Shown here in pieces: positions 37,186 through 48,975 of a DNA stretch of 61,348 nucleotides. Position 1 is the first letter of the stretch. Each line of letters starts with the position of its first letter. Origin of the DNA: an uncultured Gammaproteobacteria bacterium. Its GTDB lineage: Bacteria; Pseudomonadota; Gammaproteobacteria; JAGOUU01. Under the pieces are notes generated by a model. That model was not told where the DNA came from. It made no database searches and worked only from the letters and a program-made list of their open reading frames with translations. Made by a program: the position numbers and the translations under genes. Location of the stretch: NCBI GenBank assembly GCA_964387745.1, contig CAYLXL010000006.1:1-61348 (forward strand). The letters are read 5' to 3'.

Positions 37186-37581
37186 TTATGAAAGTATGCA
37201 GATAACTTCACCACCAAGTGATTGTTGTTTAGCCTGGTGACCTGTCATTACTCCTTTAGAAGTACTGACAATGCTAATACCTAAGCCTGCTTTAACCACA
37301 GGGAATTGATCGTAGCCTTTATATACTCTAAGACCTGGTCTGCTACATCTCTTTACGTTAGAAATCACCGGTAAACCTTGATAGTATTTCAGCTCAACTT
37401 TTAATACTAATTTTTTATCAACAGTTTCCATTTTGAAATTTTCAATATAGCCTTGTTCTTTCATCACTTTAGCTATAGAAGCTTTCATATTTGATCCTGG
37501 CATAGTTACCGTCAAAGACTTTGCTTTGTGCGCATTTCTTATTCTTGTAAGCATGTCTGAAATAGGATCTTGCATACTCAT
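37186..37581 (-). CDS. rpsH: 30S ribosomal protein S8
   Basis: MSMQDPISDMLTRIRNA start. Confidence 0.97.
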   Translation of the reverse strand: MSMQDPISDMLTRIRNAHKAKSLTVTMPGSNMKASIAKVMKEQGYIENFKMETVDKKLVLKVELKYYQGLPVISNVKRCSRPGLRVYKGYDQFPVVKAGLGISIVSTSKGVMTGHQAKQQSLGGEVICILS

Positions 37582-37617
37582 ATTTTTATCTCCTAAATTT
37601 AAACTAAGATTATTATG

Positions 37618-37917
37618 TTACCAACTTGATTTGGTCATACCAGGAATTAGGCCCTGGTTGAACATTTCTCTTAGTTTGTTACGGCAAATACCAAACTTTT
37701 TATAAACACCACGTGGTCTACCAGTAATCTGGCATCTAGATCTTGTTCTAACAGCATGTGCATTTCTAGGTAAGGCACTTAGTTTCAATCTTGCTTGCCA
37801 TGCTTCTTCAGGCGTACCTGTTTTAATAATTTTCTTTAGCATTTCTTTTTTAGCAGCAAATTTTGCAACTGTTTTAAACCTTCTTGCTTCACGTACTATT
37901 ATTGAAGTTCTTGCCAT
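37618..37917 (-). CDS. rpsN: 30S ribosomal protein S14 (long form)
   Basis: Translation ends GMTKSSW; 99 aa. Confidence 0.96.
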   Translation of the reverse strand: MARTSIIVREARRFKTVAKFAAKKEMLKKIIKTGTPEEAWQARLKLSALPRNAHAVRTRSRCQITGRPRGVYKKFGICRNKLREMFNQGLIPGMTKSSW

Positions 37918-37970
37918 AATTAACCTATATTGTTACTTATAATTACTATTTTAATTTATCTATAATGTTA

Positions 37971-38510
37971 TTAATCACGAATTGGTAAGCCAAAAGCCTT
38001 TAACAATGCAAGGCATTCTTTATCGTTTGCTGCTGTTGTTGTAAGAGTTATGTCAAAGCCTCTGATTGCATCTACTTTATCGTATTGAATTTCAGGACAT
38101 ACGATCTGTTCTTTTATACCTAGACTGTAGTTGCCTCTACCATCAAAAGATTTCTTACTTAAACCTCTAAAGTCGCGTACGCGTGGTAAGTATATAGTTA
38201 TTAGTCTATCTAGAAACTCATACATTTCTTTAGATCTTAGTGTTACTTTACAACCTATTGGCCAACCATCTCTGATCTTAAAACCAGCAATTGACTTTTT
38301 AGACATAGTAGTAAGTGGTTTTCTACCAGTAATTTTTGTCATGTCATCGATCGCATTCTGCAACTGTTTCTTATCAGAAGCAGCTTCACCTACACCCATA
38401 TTGATCGTTATTTTTTGTAGTTTTGGAACCTGCATGACGGTCTCAAAACCAAACATTTTGTGCAAGTCTTTAACAATTTTTTCTTTATATGCGGTTTGCA
38501 ATCTAGCCAT
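37971..38510 (-). CDS. rplE: 50S ribosomal protein L5
   Basis: Translation and operon position. Confidence 0.97.
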   Translation of the reverse strand: MARLQTAYKEKIVKDLHKMFGFETVMQVPKLQKITINMGVGEAASDKKQLQNAIDDMTKITGRKPLTTMSKKSIAGFKIRDGWPIGCKVTLRSKEMYEFLDRLITIYLPRVRDFRGLSKKSFDGRGNYSLGIKEQIVCPEIQYDKVDAIRGFDITLTTTAANDKECLALLKAFGLPIRD

Positions 38511-38547
38511 TATGCTACCCTTTACCTTTAAACCTTTTATTTACTAC

Positions 38548-38865
38548 TTATATATCAATTTTTTGACTATTGGATACAAACGCTCTGAATTTGTTACCGT
38601 TTTCATCAGTTAGCATTTTTACACGATCTGCTTTATTGGTCACATCGTTAAATATTGCCACATTAGATATATGGATTCCTGTTTCTTTTTGCACGATTCC
38701 TGGCTGTATACCTTTTTGCGGATTCCCTTTCTGATGTTTTTTGATCATATTGACACCTTCAACAAGAACGCGATCGTTAGATAGCATTTTTATAATAGTG
38801 CCTTTTTGACCTTTATCTTTACCAGCAATAACTACTACTTTGTCATTTCTTTTTAATTTTGCCAT
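38548..38865 (-). CDS. rplX: 50S ribosomal protein L24
   Basis: MAKLKRNDKVVVIAGKDKG from ATG 38865, 1 nt after the rplN stop. The longer ORF in the track is a 5' artefact. Confidence 0.95.
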   Translation of the reverse strand: MAKLKRNDKVVVIAGKDKGQKGTIIKMLSNDRVLVEGVNMIKKHQKGNPQKGIQPGIVQKETGIHISNVAIFNDVTNKADRVKMLTDENGNKFRAFVSNSQKIDI

Positions 38866-38866
38866 T

Positions 38867-39235
38867 TTATAACACCTCGGCTGCCAATGAGACGATACGC
38901 ATGAATTTTTCATTACGTAATTCTCTAGTTACTGGTCCAAAAATACGCGTGCCAACTGGTTGATCTTGCGCGTTTAATAAAACCACAGCATTAGAATCAA
39001 ACCTTATAAGTGAACCGTCCGTTCTACGTACACCTTTTTTAGTTCTAACTACAACTGCGCGCAAAAGATCACCTTGCTTTACTTTACCCTTAGGGATAGC
39101 TTGTTTAACGGTTACTCTTATAATGTCACCAATCTTTGCATATCTTTTATGCGAACCGCCAAGTACTTTAATACACTCAACAATTTTTGCACCGCTATTA
39201 TCAGCTACGGCTAATTCAGTTTGCGTCTGAATCAT
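38867..39235 (-). CDS. rplN: 50S ribosomal protein L14
   Basis: [17 protein letters not shown] start. Confidence 0.97.
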   Translation of the reverse strand: MIQTQTELAVADNSGAKIVECIKVLGGSHKRYAKIGDIIRVTVKQAIPKGKVKQGDLLRAVVVRTKKGVRRTDGSLIRFDSNAVVLLNAQDQPVGTRIFGPVTRELRNEKFMRIVSLAAEVL

Positions 39236-39345
39236 AAAGCTTCTCCAGGATTACTTATCTTATTATTACCACGCATCGTAGGCGAAAATTATATCACATG
39301 GTCACTTATTGTAAACAATTAAAAAATATCATTAATTATTCGCAA

Positions 39346-39618
39346 CTAAGCCATCTGACTATTAACGACCTCATCTAATACCCATCTTTTTAGTTTTGAT
39401 AATGGACGTGAATGCTTAATTCTTACAGTATCACCAACTTTTAGTACGTTTTCTTCATCATGAACGTAATATTTAGTTGTTTTCTTAACAAACTTACCGT
39501 AAACAGGGTGAGCAGTCTTTACCTCTACAGTAACTACAGCGGTCTTGTTCATCCCATTGCTTACAACCACACCTTCAATGAATTTAGGCTGTTTTTCATT
39601 ATTTGCTTTTTCTATCAT
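39346..39618 (-). CDS. rpsQ: 30S ribosomal protein S17
   Basis: Translation and operon position. Confidence 0.96.
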   Translation of the reverse strand: MIEKANNEKQPKFIEGVVVSNGMNKTAVVTVEVKTAHPVYGKFVKKTTKYYVHDEENVLKVGDTVRIKHSRPLSKLKRWVLDEVVNSQMA

Positions 39619-39619
39619 A

Positions 39620-39838
39620 CTAATTACCTTTCAATAAATTCAATGAATGTAGTTGTGTCTTGGTCCTTGCAATGTTTCTTCTCACTATGCGTAGCATATG
39701 AGGAGAAGATAATTGACCCATTGACTTTTGCAACTTCAAGTTCACCTGTTCTTTAGTCAGATCTTCAAGTAATTGATATAAATCATCTACTGATTTATTT
39801 TTAAAATTTTCGGTACTTTCTTTTGTGTTCTTAGCCAT
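39620..39838 (-). CDS. rpmC: 50S ribosomal protein L29
   Basis: Translation and operon position. Confidence 0.95.
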   Translation of the reverse strand: MAKNTKESTENFKNKSVDDLYQLLEDLTKEQVNLKLQKSMGQLSSPHMLRIVRRNIARTKTQLHSLNLLKGN

Positions 39839-39858
39839 TTCTCAATCCGATATCTTTA

Positions 39859-40275
39859 TTACATTGGGGTTCTAGTTTCAAAAGTTGTCTTGAATGGCAG
39901 CTTAGCAGAAGCCAAAGCAAAAGCTTCACGTGCTACTTCTTCAGTTACACCGTCCATCTCATATAAAACGTGACCTGGTTTGATTTCACACACCCAGTAT
40001 TCTACGCTACCTTTACCTTTACCTTGACGTACTTCAAGTGGCTTTTTACTGATAGGTTTATCAGGAAAAACTCTGACCCAAATACTACCACCGCGCTTAA
40101 TAAATCTAGTCATGGCACGTCTGGCAGCTTCAAGTTGTCTAGCTGTTAAACGTCCTCTAGTAGTTGATTTTAAGCCATACTCGCCAAAGCTAACTTTGTT
40201 ACCAGTCGTCGCTATACCGCGATTACGTCCTTTTTGACATTTTTTAAATTTTGTTTTCTTAGGTTGCCTAAGCAT
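39859..40275 (-). CDS. rplP: 50S ribosomal protein L16
   Basis: [12 protein letters not shown] start. Confidence 0.97.
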   Translation of the reverse strand: MLRQPKKTKFKKCQKGRNRGIATTGNKVSFGEYGLKSTTRGRLTARQLEAARRAMTRFIKRGGSIWVRVFPDKPISKKPLEVRQGKGKGSVEYWVCEIKPGHVLYEMDGVTEEVAREAFALASAKLPFKTTFETRTPM

Positions 40276-40297
40276 TACGTACCTCTTTGTTCAACTC

Positions 40298-40990
40298 TTA
40301 TGCTTTTTCAGTTTTTTGTTCGGCAGGTGCGTCTTCTTCTTTTTTCAAAGTTTTTAACTTATCTAAAATGTCACCTTTATATATCCAAACCTTAACACCA
40401 ATGATACCGTAGGTAGTTAAAGCTTCCGCTGTATTATAATCAATGTCAGCTCTGAACGTATGTAATGGCACGCGTCCTTCACGATACCACTCAGTTCTAG
40501 CAATTTCAGCACCGCCTAATCTACCAGCCACACACACTTTAATACCTTTTGCACCAAGTCTTAATGTACTAGAAACCGCTCTTTTCATGGCACGTCTGAA
40601 CATAACACGCTTTTCAAGCTGTTGTGCTATGGTTTCAGCCACTAATTTAGCATTAAGCTCAGGTTTTTTAATTTCCTGGATACTTATCTGTGCAGGCACA
40701 CCAGCAATTTTAGACACGGCATTTTTTAGACGTTCTACATCTTCGCCTTTTTTACCAATAATGATACCTGGTCTTGCTGCATGTATTACAACACCAACTT
40801 GGTTTCTTTGGCGTTTAATCATGATCTTACCAACACCTGCTGGGTTAAGTTCTTTTTGCAACCAATCACGTATTTTTTTATCTTCAAGTACATATTTTGA
40901 AAATATTTTTTTATTGTTTTCGAACCATATAGAATCAGATTCTTTATTGATTCCCAATCTTATGCCGTTTGGATGTACTTTCTGTCCCAT
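40298..40990 (-). CDS. rpsC: 30S ribosomal protein S3
   Basis: [13 protein letters not shown] from ATG 40990, in an ATGA overlap with the rplV stop. Confidence 0.97.
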   Translation of the reverse strand: MGQKVHPNGIRLGINKESDSIWFENNKKIFSKYVLEDKKIRDWLQKELNPAGVGKIMIKRQRNQVGVVIHAARPGIIIGKKGEDVERLKNAVSKIAGVPAQISIQEIKKPELNAKLVAETIAQQLEKRVMFRRAMKRAVSSTLRLGAKGIKVCVAGRLGGAEIARTEWYREGRVPLHTFRADIDYNTAEALTTYGIIGVKVWIYKGDILDKLKTLKKEEDAPAEQKTEKA

Positions 40991-41331
40991 CATTTACTCT
41001 CTTTTTCTGCTAGTTCTACGGAAATATGACTCATTTTCTTTTCAATGCGATTGCCACGACCTTTTGCTCTAGCATGCATTCTTTTAAGAGTTGGGCCTTC
41101 ATTTACTTGTATCATTGCAACAAATAAGTCATCAATATCTAAGCCAAAATTATTTTCTGCATTAGCAATCGCAGATAATAAAAGCTTTTGAATCATAGTT
41201 GCTGCTTTCTTTGGCGTATAAGCTAATACATCAAGCGCTTTATCTATTGATTTACCCCTGATCATATCTGCAACTAATCTTGCTTTTTGTGATGAAATAC
41301 TTGCGTACTTTAAATGTGCTTGCACCTGCAT
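40990..41331 (-). CDS. rplV: 50S ribosomal protein L22
   Basis: Translation and operon position. Confidence 0.97.
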   Translation of the reverse strand: MQVQAHLKYASISSQKARLVADMIRGKSIDKALDVLAYTPKKAATMIQKLLLSAIANAENNFGLDIDDLFVAMIQVNEGPTLKRMHARAKGRGNRIEKKMSHISVELAEKESK

Positions 41332-41341
41332 AAACTACCTC

Positions 41342-41638
41342 TTACTTACCTGCAGACTTTGCTGCTGGCTTACTTTTTTTATCACCAGAATGGCCTTTGA
41401 ATGTTCTTGTTAAAGAAAACTCTCCTAATTTATGGCCAACCATGTTTTCAGAAATAAATACTGGCACATGATTTTTACCATTATGAACGGCAATTGTAAG
41501 CCCAACCATGTTGTCAAGAATCATTGATCTTCTAGACCAGGTTTTTATAGGCTTTTTTCCGCCTTCTGCTTGAGCTTTTTCTACTTTTTCTAATAAATGA
41601 CCATCGACAAAAGGGCCTTTTTTCAGTGAACGTGGCAC
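41342..41638 (-). CDS. rpsS: 30S ribosomal protein S19
   Basis: [12 protein letters not shown] start. Confidence 0.97.
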   Translation of the reverse strand: MPRSLKKGPFVDGHLLEKVEKAQAEGGKKPIKTWSRRSMILDNMVGLTIAVHNGKNHVPVFISENMVGHKLGEFSLTRTFKGHSGDKKSKPAAKSAGK

Positions 41639-41660
41639 AATTCTACCTCATTATATTTTA

Positions 41661-42491
41661 CTATTTTTTATTACGCGCTCTAACAATAAACTTATTAGAT
41701 TTTCTAGCTTTTCTGGTTTTATAACCTTTAGTTGGAGTACCCCAAGGAGAAACCGGGTGTCTACCACCAGAAGTTCTACCTTCACCACCACCATGAGGGT
41801 GATCTACTGGGTTCATCGCCACACCTCTTACAGTCGGACGAATGCCAAGCCATCTTTTAGCACCAGCTTTACCAATTTTACGCAAGTTATGAGCGTTGTT
41901 TCCAACCTCACCTACAGTTGCATAACAATCAGCTAAGACTTTACGCATTTCTTTCGAATTCAAACGAATCGTAGCGTATTGACCTTCAACTGATACTACT
42001 TGTATAGATGCGCCTGCACTCCTAGCTAATTGCGCGCCTTTACCTGGTCTAAGTTCTACTGCGTGTACAACTGTACCCACAGGGATATTACGTATAGGTA
42101 GTGCATTACCTGTTTTGATTTCAGAAGTACTACCAGATTTTACTACATCTCCAACTTTAAGGTTACGCGGAGCAAGCATATAACGACGCTCACCATCTGC
42201 ATAAACTAATAATGCTAAATTAGCTGTACGATTAGGATCATACTCTAATCTTTCTACTGTAGCAGGTATACCTTCTTTATCACGACGATTAAAATCAATT
42301 ACACGGAAATTTCTTTTGTGTCCGCCGCCTTTATGTCTAACAGTGATATGACCAATATTGTTACGACCACCATTCTTAGTTTTTTTAGTCACTAAAGCTC
42401 TATGTGGTTTACCTTTATGAAGTTCTTTATCAACTACGCTGACTACGAATCTTCTGCCTGGTGATGTTGGTTTTCGTTTTAAAACTGCCAT
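41661..42491 (-). CDS. rplB: 50S ribosomal protein L2
   Basis: Translation, including the HPHGGGEGR motif. Confidence 0.98.
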   Translation of the reverse strand: MAVLKRKPTSPGRRFVVSVVDKELHKGKPHRALVTKKTKNGGRNNIGHITVRHKGGGHKRNFRVIDFNRRDKEGIPATVERLEYDPNRTANLALLVYADGERRYMLAPRNLKVGDVVKSGSTSEIKTGNALPIRNIPVGTVVHAVELRPGKGAQLARSAGASIQVVSVEGQYATIRLNSKEMRKVLADCYATVGEVGNNAHNLRKIGKAGAKRWLGIRPTVRGVAMNPVDHPHGGGEGRTSGGRHPVSPWGTPTKGYKTRKARKSNKFIVRARNKK

Positions 42492-42502
42492 TATTCTTAC
42501 CC

Positions 42503-42814
42503 CTATTCCGCAGCGCCGATAAAGTCAAGTTTAAAGCCTTCTTGAAGCTTTATATAAGCTTTTTTCCAATCTTGACGCTTCCCGACTCTTTGTTTGAATG
42601 ATTTTGTCTTACCCAGCACATTTAGTACTTTTACAGACTCTACTTTTACATTATAGATTTTTTCAACAGCAGTTTTAATTTCTGTTTTATTAGTAGTTCT
42701 ATTCACTTTAAAGACATATTGGTTTTGTTTATCTGCCACCCTGTAAGCTTTCTCAGTCATGTGAGGACCGACAACTGCTTTAATGACTTCTATTTCCTTT
42801 ATTTTATTGCTCAT
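42503..42814 (-). CDS. rplW: 50S ribosomal protein L23
   Basis: Translation and operon position. Confidence 0.96.
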   Translation of the reverse strand: MSNKIKEIEVIKAVVGPHMTEKAYRVADKQNQYVFKVNRTTNKTEIKTAVEKIYNVKVESVKVLNVLGKTKSFKQRVGKRQDWKKAYIKLQEGFKLDFIGAAE

Positions 42815-43431
42815 ACGAAACTTTCCTCTAAATCTTTAAGTGCATCTTTAGTGATGAAAACTTTATCAGAGTCAACCAGGCTTACTGGATCTACTAAACC
42901 AACATCAACCATATAAACATTTTTCAAATTACGGCTTGATAGAAATAAATCCATATCGAATGTTTGAGTTATCAACATGATTCTTTGGTCTAAATAAGGC
43001 TTAAGAATCTTTAACAAATCTTTAGTTTTCGGCTGATTAATATTAAATTCTTCTACTACAATTAGGCGGCCAGTTCGGTATAGTTCCGATATGATTGAAC
43101 GCATTGCACCAGCATACATTTTCTTATTAATTTTAACATCATAGTCTTTGGGTACCGCAGCAAACACTTTACCACCTTTACGCCAGATTGGGCTTCGGCT
43201 TGAACCTGCACGAGCACGGCCTGTACCTTTTTGTTTCCATGGTTTTGCACCACCGCCGCTTACTTGTGCGCGTGTTTTTTGTGCCTTGGTACCAGATCTT
43301 GCATTTGTTAAAGCACCAGTAACTACCTGGTGAATTAATGATTCATTATAAGCAGCATCAATAAACCCTTCGGCTATATCGATTGCGTTATTTGAATCTT
43401 TTAATTCTGAACTCATCAAATTAACTTTCAT
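42811..43431 (-). CDS. rplD: 50S ribosomal protein L4
   Basis: Translation and operon position. Confidence 0.97.
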   Translation of the reverse strand: MKVNLMSSELKDSNNAIDIAEGFIDAAYNESLIHQVVTGALTNARSGTKAQKTRAQVSGGGAKPWKQKGTGRARAGSSRSPIWRKGGKVFAAVPKDYDVKINKKMYAGAMRSIISELYRTGRLIVVEEFNINQPKTKDLLKILKPYLDQRIMLITQTFDMDLFLSSRNLKNVYMVDVGLVDPVSLVDSDKVFITKDALKDLEESFV

Positions 43432-43465
43432 TTCGTAATACTCTATATTTCTCTATTAAACTTTA

Positions 43466-44098
43466 TTAATTAGCAGGGAAAATAATAACATCTCCGCCGG
43501 CAAATCCTGGTACTGCGCCTTTAATTAATATAAGGTTTTTATCAGCACTTACTCTTACTACTTCAAGGTTTTCAATAGTTCTTTGTACATTACCCATGTG
43601 ACCAGACATCTTTTTGCCTTTGAATACTTTACCAGGGCTTTGATTTTGACCAATAGAACCTGGTGCACGATGTGATAATGAGTTACCGTGAGTCATATCT
43701 TGCGTTCTAAAATGATGACGTTTTACAGCACCTGCATAACCTTTACCTTTAGTGGTACCAGTTACATTAACTTTTTGGCCTTCGGTGAATAAATTAATAT
43801 CGATTACGTCACCAACATTGTAACTTGTAGCTTTATCTGCAGAAAGTCTAAATTCTTGCAATAATCTTGCTGGCTCAACATTTGCTTTTGCATAATGACC
43901 GCGTAATTGCTTTGTCACGCGGTTCGCAGGTTTGCGCCCAACGCCTACCTGGATGGCATCATACTGATCATTGCTTTTTGTTTTAACTTGTACGACCGTA
44001 TTAGGTTCAACCTGGATAACTGTTACTGGTACAGCCAAGCCCTCTGGCGTGAAGACTCTCGTCATTCCACATTTGCGCCCGATAATTCCAACTGACAT
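43466..44098 (-). CDS. rplC: 50S ribosomal protein L3
   Basis: Translation and operon position. Confidence 0.97.
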   Translation of the reverse strand: MSVGIIGRKCGMTRVFTPEGLAVPVTVIQVEPNTVVQVKTKSNDQYDAIQVGVGRKPANRVTKQLRGHYAKANVEPARLLQEFRLSADKATSYNVGDVIDINLFTEGQKVNVTGTTKGKGYAGAVKRHHFRTQDMTHGNSLSHRAPGSIGQNQSPGKVFKGKKMSGHMGNVQRTIENLEVVRVSADKNLILIKGAVPGFAGGDVIIFPAN

Positions 44099-44159
44099 CT
44101 TAACCTCTTACTTACTCTCAATAATTTTCAAAATATAACGCTAATATAACAGCTATCTT

Positions 44160-44492
44160 TTAGCCTTGCTTATCACCTAGTCTTAACTCAATTTCAACAC
44201 CTGAAGGTAAATCAAGTTTCATTAAGGCATCAATAGTTTTATCGTTATGATCAACGATATCTATTACTCGTTTATATTTTCTTATCTCATACTGATCTCT
44301 TGCATCTTTATCTTTATGCGGAGAAACTAATATACAAAACTTTTCAATTTTTGTTGGTAATGGAATTGGGCCACGAACACGCGCACCAGTTCTCTTAGCC
44401 GTTTCAACAATCTCACTAGTAGATAAATCAATTAACTTATGATCTAAAGCTTTAAGTGAAATTCTAATTTTTTGTTTTTGCGGTAAACTCAT
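44160..44492 (-). CDS. rpsJ: 30S ribosomal protein S10
   Basis: [16 protein letters not shown] start. Confidence 0.97.
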   Translation of the reverse strand: MSLPQKQKIRISLKALDHKLIDLSTSEIVETAKRTGARVRGPIPLPTKIEKFCILVSPHKDKDARDQYEIRKYKRVIDIVDHNDKTIDALMKLDLPSGVEIELRLGDKQG

Positions 44493-44526
44493 AATAAATT
44501 CTTTATTTAGATAAATTTAGATAATT

Positions 44527-45717
44527 TTATTCAATAATTTTAGTTACAACACCAGCGCCTACTGTTCTGCCGCCTTCACGAATCGCGAAACGAACACCCT
44601 CTTCCATCGCAATCGGTACGATTAGGGTAACAGTCATCTTAATGTTGTCGCCAGGCATTACCATTTCAACACCTTCAGGCAACTCTACTGAACCAGTTAC
44701 GTCTGTCGTTCTGAAGTAGAACTGTGGTCTGTATCCCTTGAAGAACGGAGTATGTCTACCACCTTCTTCTTTAGATAATACGTAAATTTCTGCTTCAAAA
44801 TGCGTATGCGGCGTAATTGTACCTTTTTTAGCCAATACTTGTCCACGCTCTACGTCATCTCTCTTTAAACCACGCAATAACACACCTACGTTGTCTCCAG
44901 CGCGACCTTCGTCTAGTAACTTACGGAACATTTCCACACCAGTACATGTAGTTACTTGTGTATCTTTGATACCAATAATTTCTAATTCGTCACCTACGTG
45001 AACTATACCTCTTTCTATACGGCCAGTTACTACTGTTCCACGACCAGAGATAGAGAATACGTCTTCAATCGGCATTAAGAATGATTTATCGATTTCACGC
45101 TTTGGCTCTGGTATATAAGTATCCATTGCTTCTACTAATTTTACGATTGCGCCTTCGCCTATATCACTTGCATCACCTTGTAAGGCTTTTAAAGCTGAAC
45201 CAATTATAATTGGCGTTGTATCGCCAGGGAAATCATAAGAGCTTAATAAATCACGTACTTCCATTTCTACTAGCTCTAATAACTCTGCATCATCTACCAT
45301 GTCCGCTTTGTTCAAGAATACTAATATGTATGGTACGCCTACCTGCTTTGATAATAAGATATGCTCTCTTGTTTGTGGCATTGGGCCATCTGCAGCTGAT
45401 ACTACCAAGATTGCTCCGTCCATCTGTGCAGCACCTGTGATCATGTTTTTTACATAATCCGCGTGACCTGGACAGTCTACGTGTGCATAGTGGCGGTTTG
45501 CTGAATTGTATTCAACGTGTGAAGTTGCAATCGTGATACCACGCTCTCTTTCTTCTGGTGCGTTATCGATTTGGTCAAAAGCTCTAGCTTGTCCACCATT
45601 CTTCTTAGCCATTACTGTCGTAATCGCCGCTGTTAAAGTGGTTTTACCATGATCAACGTGCCCAATTGTACCCACGTTTACATGGGGTTTTGTGCGTTCA
45701 AACTTTTCTTTTGACAT
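44527..45717 (-). CDS. tuf: Elongation factor Tu (copy 1, in the str operon)
   Basis: [18 protein letters not shown] and NKAD motifs; 396 aa. Confidence 0.99.
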   Translation of the reverse strand: MSKEKFERTKPHVNVGTIGHVDHGKTTLTAAITTVMAKKNGGQARAFDQIDNAPEERERGITIATSHVEYNSANRHYAHVDCPGHADYVKNMITGAAQMDGAILVVSAADGPMPQTREHILLSKQVGVPYILVFLNKADMVDDAELLELVEMEVRDLLSSYDFPGDTTPIIIGSALKALQGDASDIGEGAIVKLVEAMDTYIPEPKREIDKSFLMPIEDVFSISGRGTVVTGRIERGIVHVGDELEIIGIKDTQVTTCTGVEMFRKLLDEGRAGDNVGVLLRGLKRDDVERGQVLAKKGTITPHTHFEAEIYVLSKEEGGRHTPFFKGYRPQFYFRTTDVTGSVELPEGVEMVMPGDNIKMTVTLIVPIAMEEGVRFAIREGGRTVGAGVVTKIIE

Positions 45718-45774
45718 TTAAGTTTACCTCACTAGAAAGTATATTTTTATTTAATTTTTCGAGCAGCGTCTTAT

Positions 45775-47874
45775 TTAGGCACTGCGTTCTTTTATAATTG
45801 CGTCAGCCACATTCGATGGCGTTTCGCTATATTTTTTAAACTCCATTGTATAAGTTGCACGACCCTGCGACATAGAGCGCAAATCAGTAGCATATCCAAA
45901 CATCTCTGATAATGGGACCTCAGCTTTGATGTGCTTATTGCCAGTAGGACCATCTTCCATACCAAGCAAGATACCACGACGTCGACTGATATCGCCCATC
46001 ACGTCACCCATATATTCTTCAGGAGTAACTGCTTCTACATCCATAATCGGCTCTAATAACACGGGCTTAGCCTTTTTGCCGCCCTCTTTGAAGCCCATAG
46101 AGCCTGCTATCTTAAATGCCATCTCATTAGAGTCAACATCATGGTAAGAACCATCAAATAATGTAACTTTAACATCGACAACCGGATAGCCTGCTAGGAT
46201 ACCATTTTCCATCTGCTCTTGTATACCTTTATCTACAGCTGGAATGTATTCTTTTGGTACTGTACCACCGACAATCTTATTTTCGAACTCATAACCAGCA
46301 CCTGGCTCTCTAGGTTCTAGCTTAAGCCATACGTGACCATACTGACCGCGACCACCTGACTGACGAACGAACTTACCTTCTTGCTCTACAGTGGTCCTAA
46401 TAGTCTCACGGTATGCTACTTGTGGCTTACCTACGTTAGCTTCGACTGAAAACTCACGTTTCATACGGTCTACAATGATTTCTAAGTGTAATTCACCCAT
46501 ACCAGAAATAATGGTTTGACCAGACTCCTCGTCTGTATGAACACGGAAAGAAGGGTCTTCTTGAGCTAATTTGCTTAAAGCCATACCCATTTTTTCTTGA
46601 TCCTGCTTAGTTTTTGGCTCAACCGCAACCGATATTACTGGCTCCGGGAAAACCATTTTTTCTAGGACAATAATATTATTTGGATCTGATAAAGTATCAC
46701 CAGTTGTAGTTAGCTTTAAGCCAACCGCTGCTGCTATATCTCCAGCTCTAACTTCTTTTATTTCTTCACGTGAGTTAGCATGCATCTGTAGCAAACGGCC
46801 AAGACGCTCTGGCTTACCTTTTACAGAGTTAATCAAGCTGTCACCCGACTTTACAACACCCGAATAGACTCTAAAGAACGTCAAGTTACCCACATACTTA
46901 TCACTAGCAATCTTAAAAGCGTATGCTGAGAATTTTTCTTCATCCGTAGCCTTTCTTGTAATTTCCGCACCAGCTTCATCTTCGCCTGTTACTGGGGGTT
47001 TGTCGGTAGGTGATGGCAAATATTCAATAACGGCATCAAGCATCGCTTGTACACCTTTGTTTTTAAACGCTGAACCACATAAAACCGGCACCACTTCATT
47101 CTTAAGTGTTCTCGCTCTAATTCCAGCTTTTATTTCTACTTCTGTTAAATCACCTGTTTCCAGATACTTTTCCATTAATTCTTCACTAGACTCAGCTGCA
47201 GCTTCAAGAATAGATTCGCGTAGCTCATTGCATTTATCAACCAAGCTGGCAGGAATGTCGCCATATTCAAATTTGACGCCCTTAGATTCCTCATCCCAAA
47301 TAATGGCTTTCATCTTGATTAAATCCACTACGCCTTGGTAGTTTTCTTCTTGACCAATATTCATTTGTAATGGCACTGCATTAGCACCTAAACGTGTTTT
47401 TATTTGCTTAACAACACGCAAGAAATCTGCACCTTGACGATCCATTTTGTTAACAAAAGCTAATCTTGGTACACCATACTTATTCGCTTGACGCCAAACT
47501 GTTTCTGACTGCGGCTCTACACCACCTACAGCACAAAACACAGCACATGCACCGTCTAATACGCGTAAAGAACGCTCTACTTCAATAGTAAAATCAACGT
47601 GACCCGGTGTATCAATAATATTGATTCTATGCTCAGGAAAATTCTTACCCATTCCGCTCCAAAAACAAGTTGTAGCAGCTGAAGTAATAGTAATACCACG
47701 CTCTTGCTCTTGCTCCATCCAGTCCATCACAGCTGCGCCATCATGAACCTCACCAATCTTGTGTGAAACACCGGTATAAAACAATACACGTTCAGTAGTT
47801 GTTGTTTTACCAGCATCAATATGTGCCATGATACCTATATTACGGTATCTATCGATTGGTGTTGTACGAGCCAT
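45775..47874 (-). CDS. fusA: Elongation factor G
   Basis: [20 protein letters not shown] and NKMD motifs; 699 aa. Confidence 0.99.
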   Translation of the reverse strand: MARTTPIDRYRNIGIMAHIDAGKTTTTERVLFYTGVSHKIGEVHDGAAVMDWMEQEQERGITITSAATTCFWSGMGKNFPEHRINIIDTPGHVDFTIEVERSLRVLDGACAVFCAVGGVEPQSETVWRQANKYGVPRLAFVNKMDRQGADFLRVVKQIKTRLGANAVPLQMNIGQEENYQGVVDLIKMKAIIWDEESKGVKFEYGDIPASLVDKCNELRESILEAAAESSEELMEKYLETGDLTEVEIKAGIRARTLKNEVVPVLCGSAFKNKGVQAMLDAVIEYLPSPTDKPPVTGEDEAGAEITRKATDEEKFSAYAFKIASDKYVGNLTFFRVYSGVVKSGDSLINSVKGKPERLGRLLQMHANSREEIKEVRAGDIAAAVGLKLTTTGDTLSDPNNIIVLEKMVFPEPVISVAVEPKTKQDQEKMGMALSKLAQEDPSFRVHTDEESGQTIISGMGELHLEIIVDRMKREFSVEANVGKPQVAYRETIRTTVEQEGKFVRQSGGRGQYGHVWLKLEPREPGAGYEFENKIVGGTVPKEYIPAVDKGIQEQMENGILAGYPVVDVKVTLFDGSYHDVDSNEMAFKIAGSMGFKEGGKKAKPVLLEPIMDVEAVTPEEYMGDVMGDISRRRGILLGMEDGPTGNKHIKAEVPLSEMFGYATDLRSMSQGRATYTMEFKKYSETPSNVADAIIKERSA

Positions 47875-47929
47875 TAATAATCCTTCTCAAATATTTATCA
47901 ATTGTATTTTTACTAAAATAAGCAGCTAA

Positions 47930-48397
47930 CTACCATTTATAATGTGCAAATGCTTTGTTCGCTTCTGCCATTTTATGCATGTCTTCACGCATTTTTAATG
48001 ACGCACCACGACCTGCAATAATATCTTTAAATTCAGCAGTCAATTTAGCGATGAAACCTTTTTCATGACGCTTACGAGCAGCTTTAATAATCCAACTCAT
48101 CGCGATTCTGGTTTTTCGAATTGGTCTTACTTCGATAGGAACTTGATAAGTAGCACCACCAACACGTCTAGATTTAACCTCAACTAACGGACCTACTTTA
48201 TCTAGAATTTCTTCAAATTTAGTTAAAGCATTATTTTGACCTTCTCTGATGTTCTCTAGTACTTTATAGACTGTTCTTTCAGCAACTGATTTCTTACCTG
48301 ACTTCATGATCAAGTTCATAAACTGTGCTAGTAACTCACTCCCATGAACTGGATCTGGTAATATACTTCTTTTCTCTGCTTGACGTCTTCTAGACAT
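47930..48397 (-). CDS. rpsG: 30S ribosomal protein S7
   Basis: Translation ends AFAHYKW. Confidence 0.97.
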   Translation of the reverse strand: MSRRRQAEKRSILPDPVHGSELLAQFMNLIMKSGKKSVAERTVYKVLENIREGQNNALTKFEEILDKVGPLVEVKSRRVGGATYQVPIEVRPIRKTRIAMSWIIKAARKRHEKGFIAKLTAEFKDIIAGRGASLKMREDMHKMAEANKAFAHYKW

Positions 48398-48437
48398 TTG
48401 ATTTCACCTATCTGTTTCTAATTAATTAATGTGGCTA

Positions 48438-48857
48438 CTATTTCTTCTTACCTTTTACTGCGCCCTTTGTAGCTGCTGCATCTTTGCCGCCTTTAGCTTT
48501 CTTAGTACCATACTTAGAACGACTTTGATTACGACCATTAACGCCAGCAGTATCTAAGCTACCACGTACAATGTGATATCTCACACCTGGTAAATCTTTT
48601 ACCCTTCCACCACGAATAACAATTACAGAGTGTTCCTGCAAGTTATGGCCTTCACCTGGTATATAAGCTGTCACTTCTTGACCGTTAGTTAATCTAACTC
48701 TGGCTACTTTACGCAATGCCGAATTTGGTTTCTTAGGTGTCGTTGTATAAACGCGCGTACATACACCACGTCTTTGAGGACAGCGCTGTAACGCTGGTAC
48801 TGCACTCTTTCTTACGTTTTCTTTACGTGGCTTACGAACCAATTGCCCAATTCTCAT
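48438..48857 (-). CDS. rpsL: 30S ribosomal protein S12, with a Lys/Ala/Gly-rich C-terminal extension
   Basis: Core region [16 protein letters not shown]...[14 protein letters not shown]. The tail [21 protein letters not shown] runs past the usual C-terminus. Confidence 0.97.
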   Translation of the reverse strand: MRIGQLVRKPRKENVRKSAVPALQRCPQRRGVCTRVYTTTPKKPNSALRKVARVRLTNGQEVTAYIPGEGHNLQEHSVIVIRGGRVKDLPGVRYHIVRGSLDTAGVNGRNQSRSKYGTKKAKGGKDAAATKGAVKGKKK

Positions 48858-48914
48858 TTATTTACTCTCCTGTGCTATTCTCTATAGCTTTTAACTTTAA
48901 TTTCTATTTCAATT

Positions 48915-48941
48915 TTAAAGAAATCAACCGCGTGATGCGGA
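48915..48941 (-). terminator. Weak hairpin (ccgc-N5-gcgg) plus a U-rich tract after rpoC
   Basis: Read directly. The stem is short, so confidence is low. Confidence 0.3.
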
Positions 48942-48975
48942 TTCTACCCAGCATTCAATCATTAGTCAAGTATAA

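Noticed and set aside
40443-41072. 209-aa ORF on the plus strand
   Set aside because: It is entirely antisense to rpsC and rplV, whose translations are unmistakable. This is a typical shadow ORF. The same applies to 38131..38613, 57512..57874, 52199..52630, 54246..54629, 47000..47341, 43148..43333 and the other plus-strand ORFs inside the ribosomal and RNAP genes.
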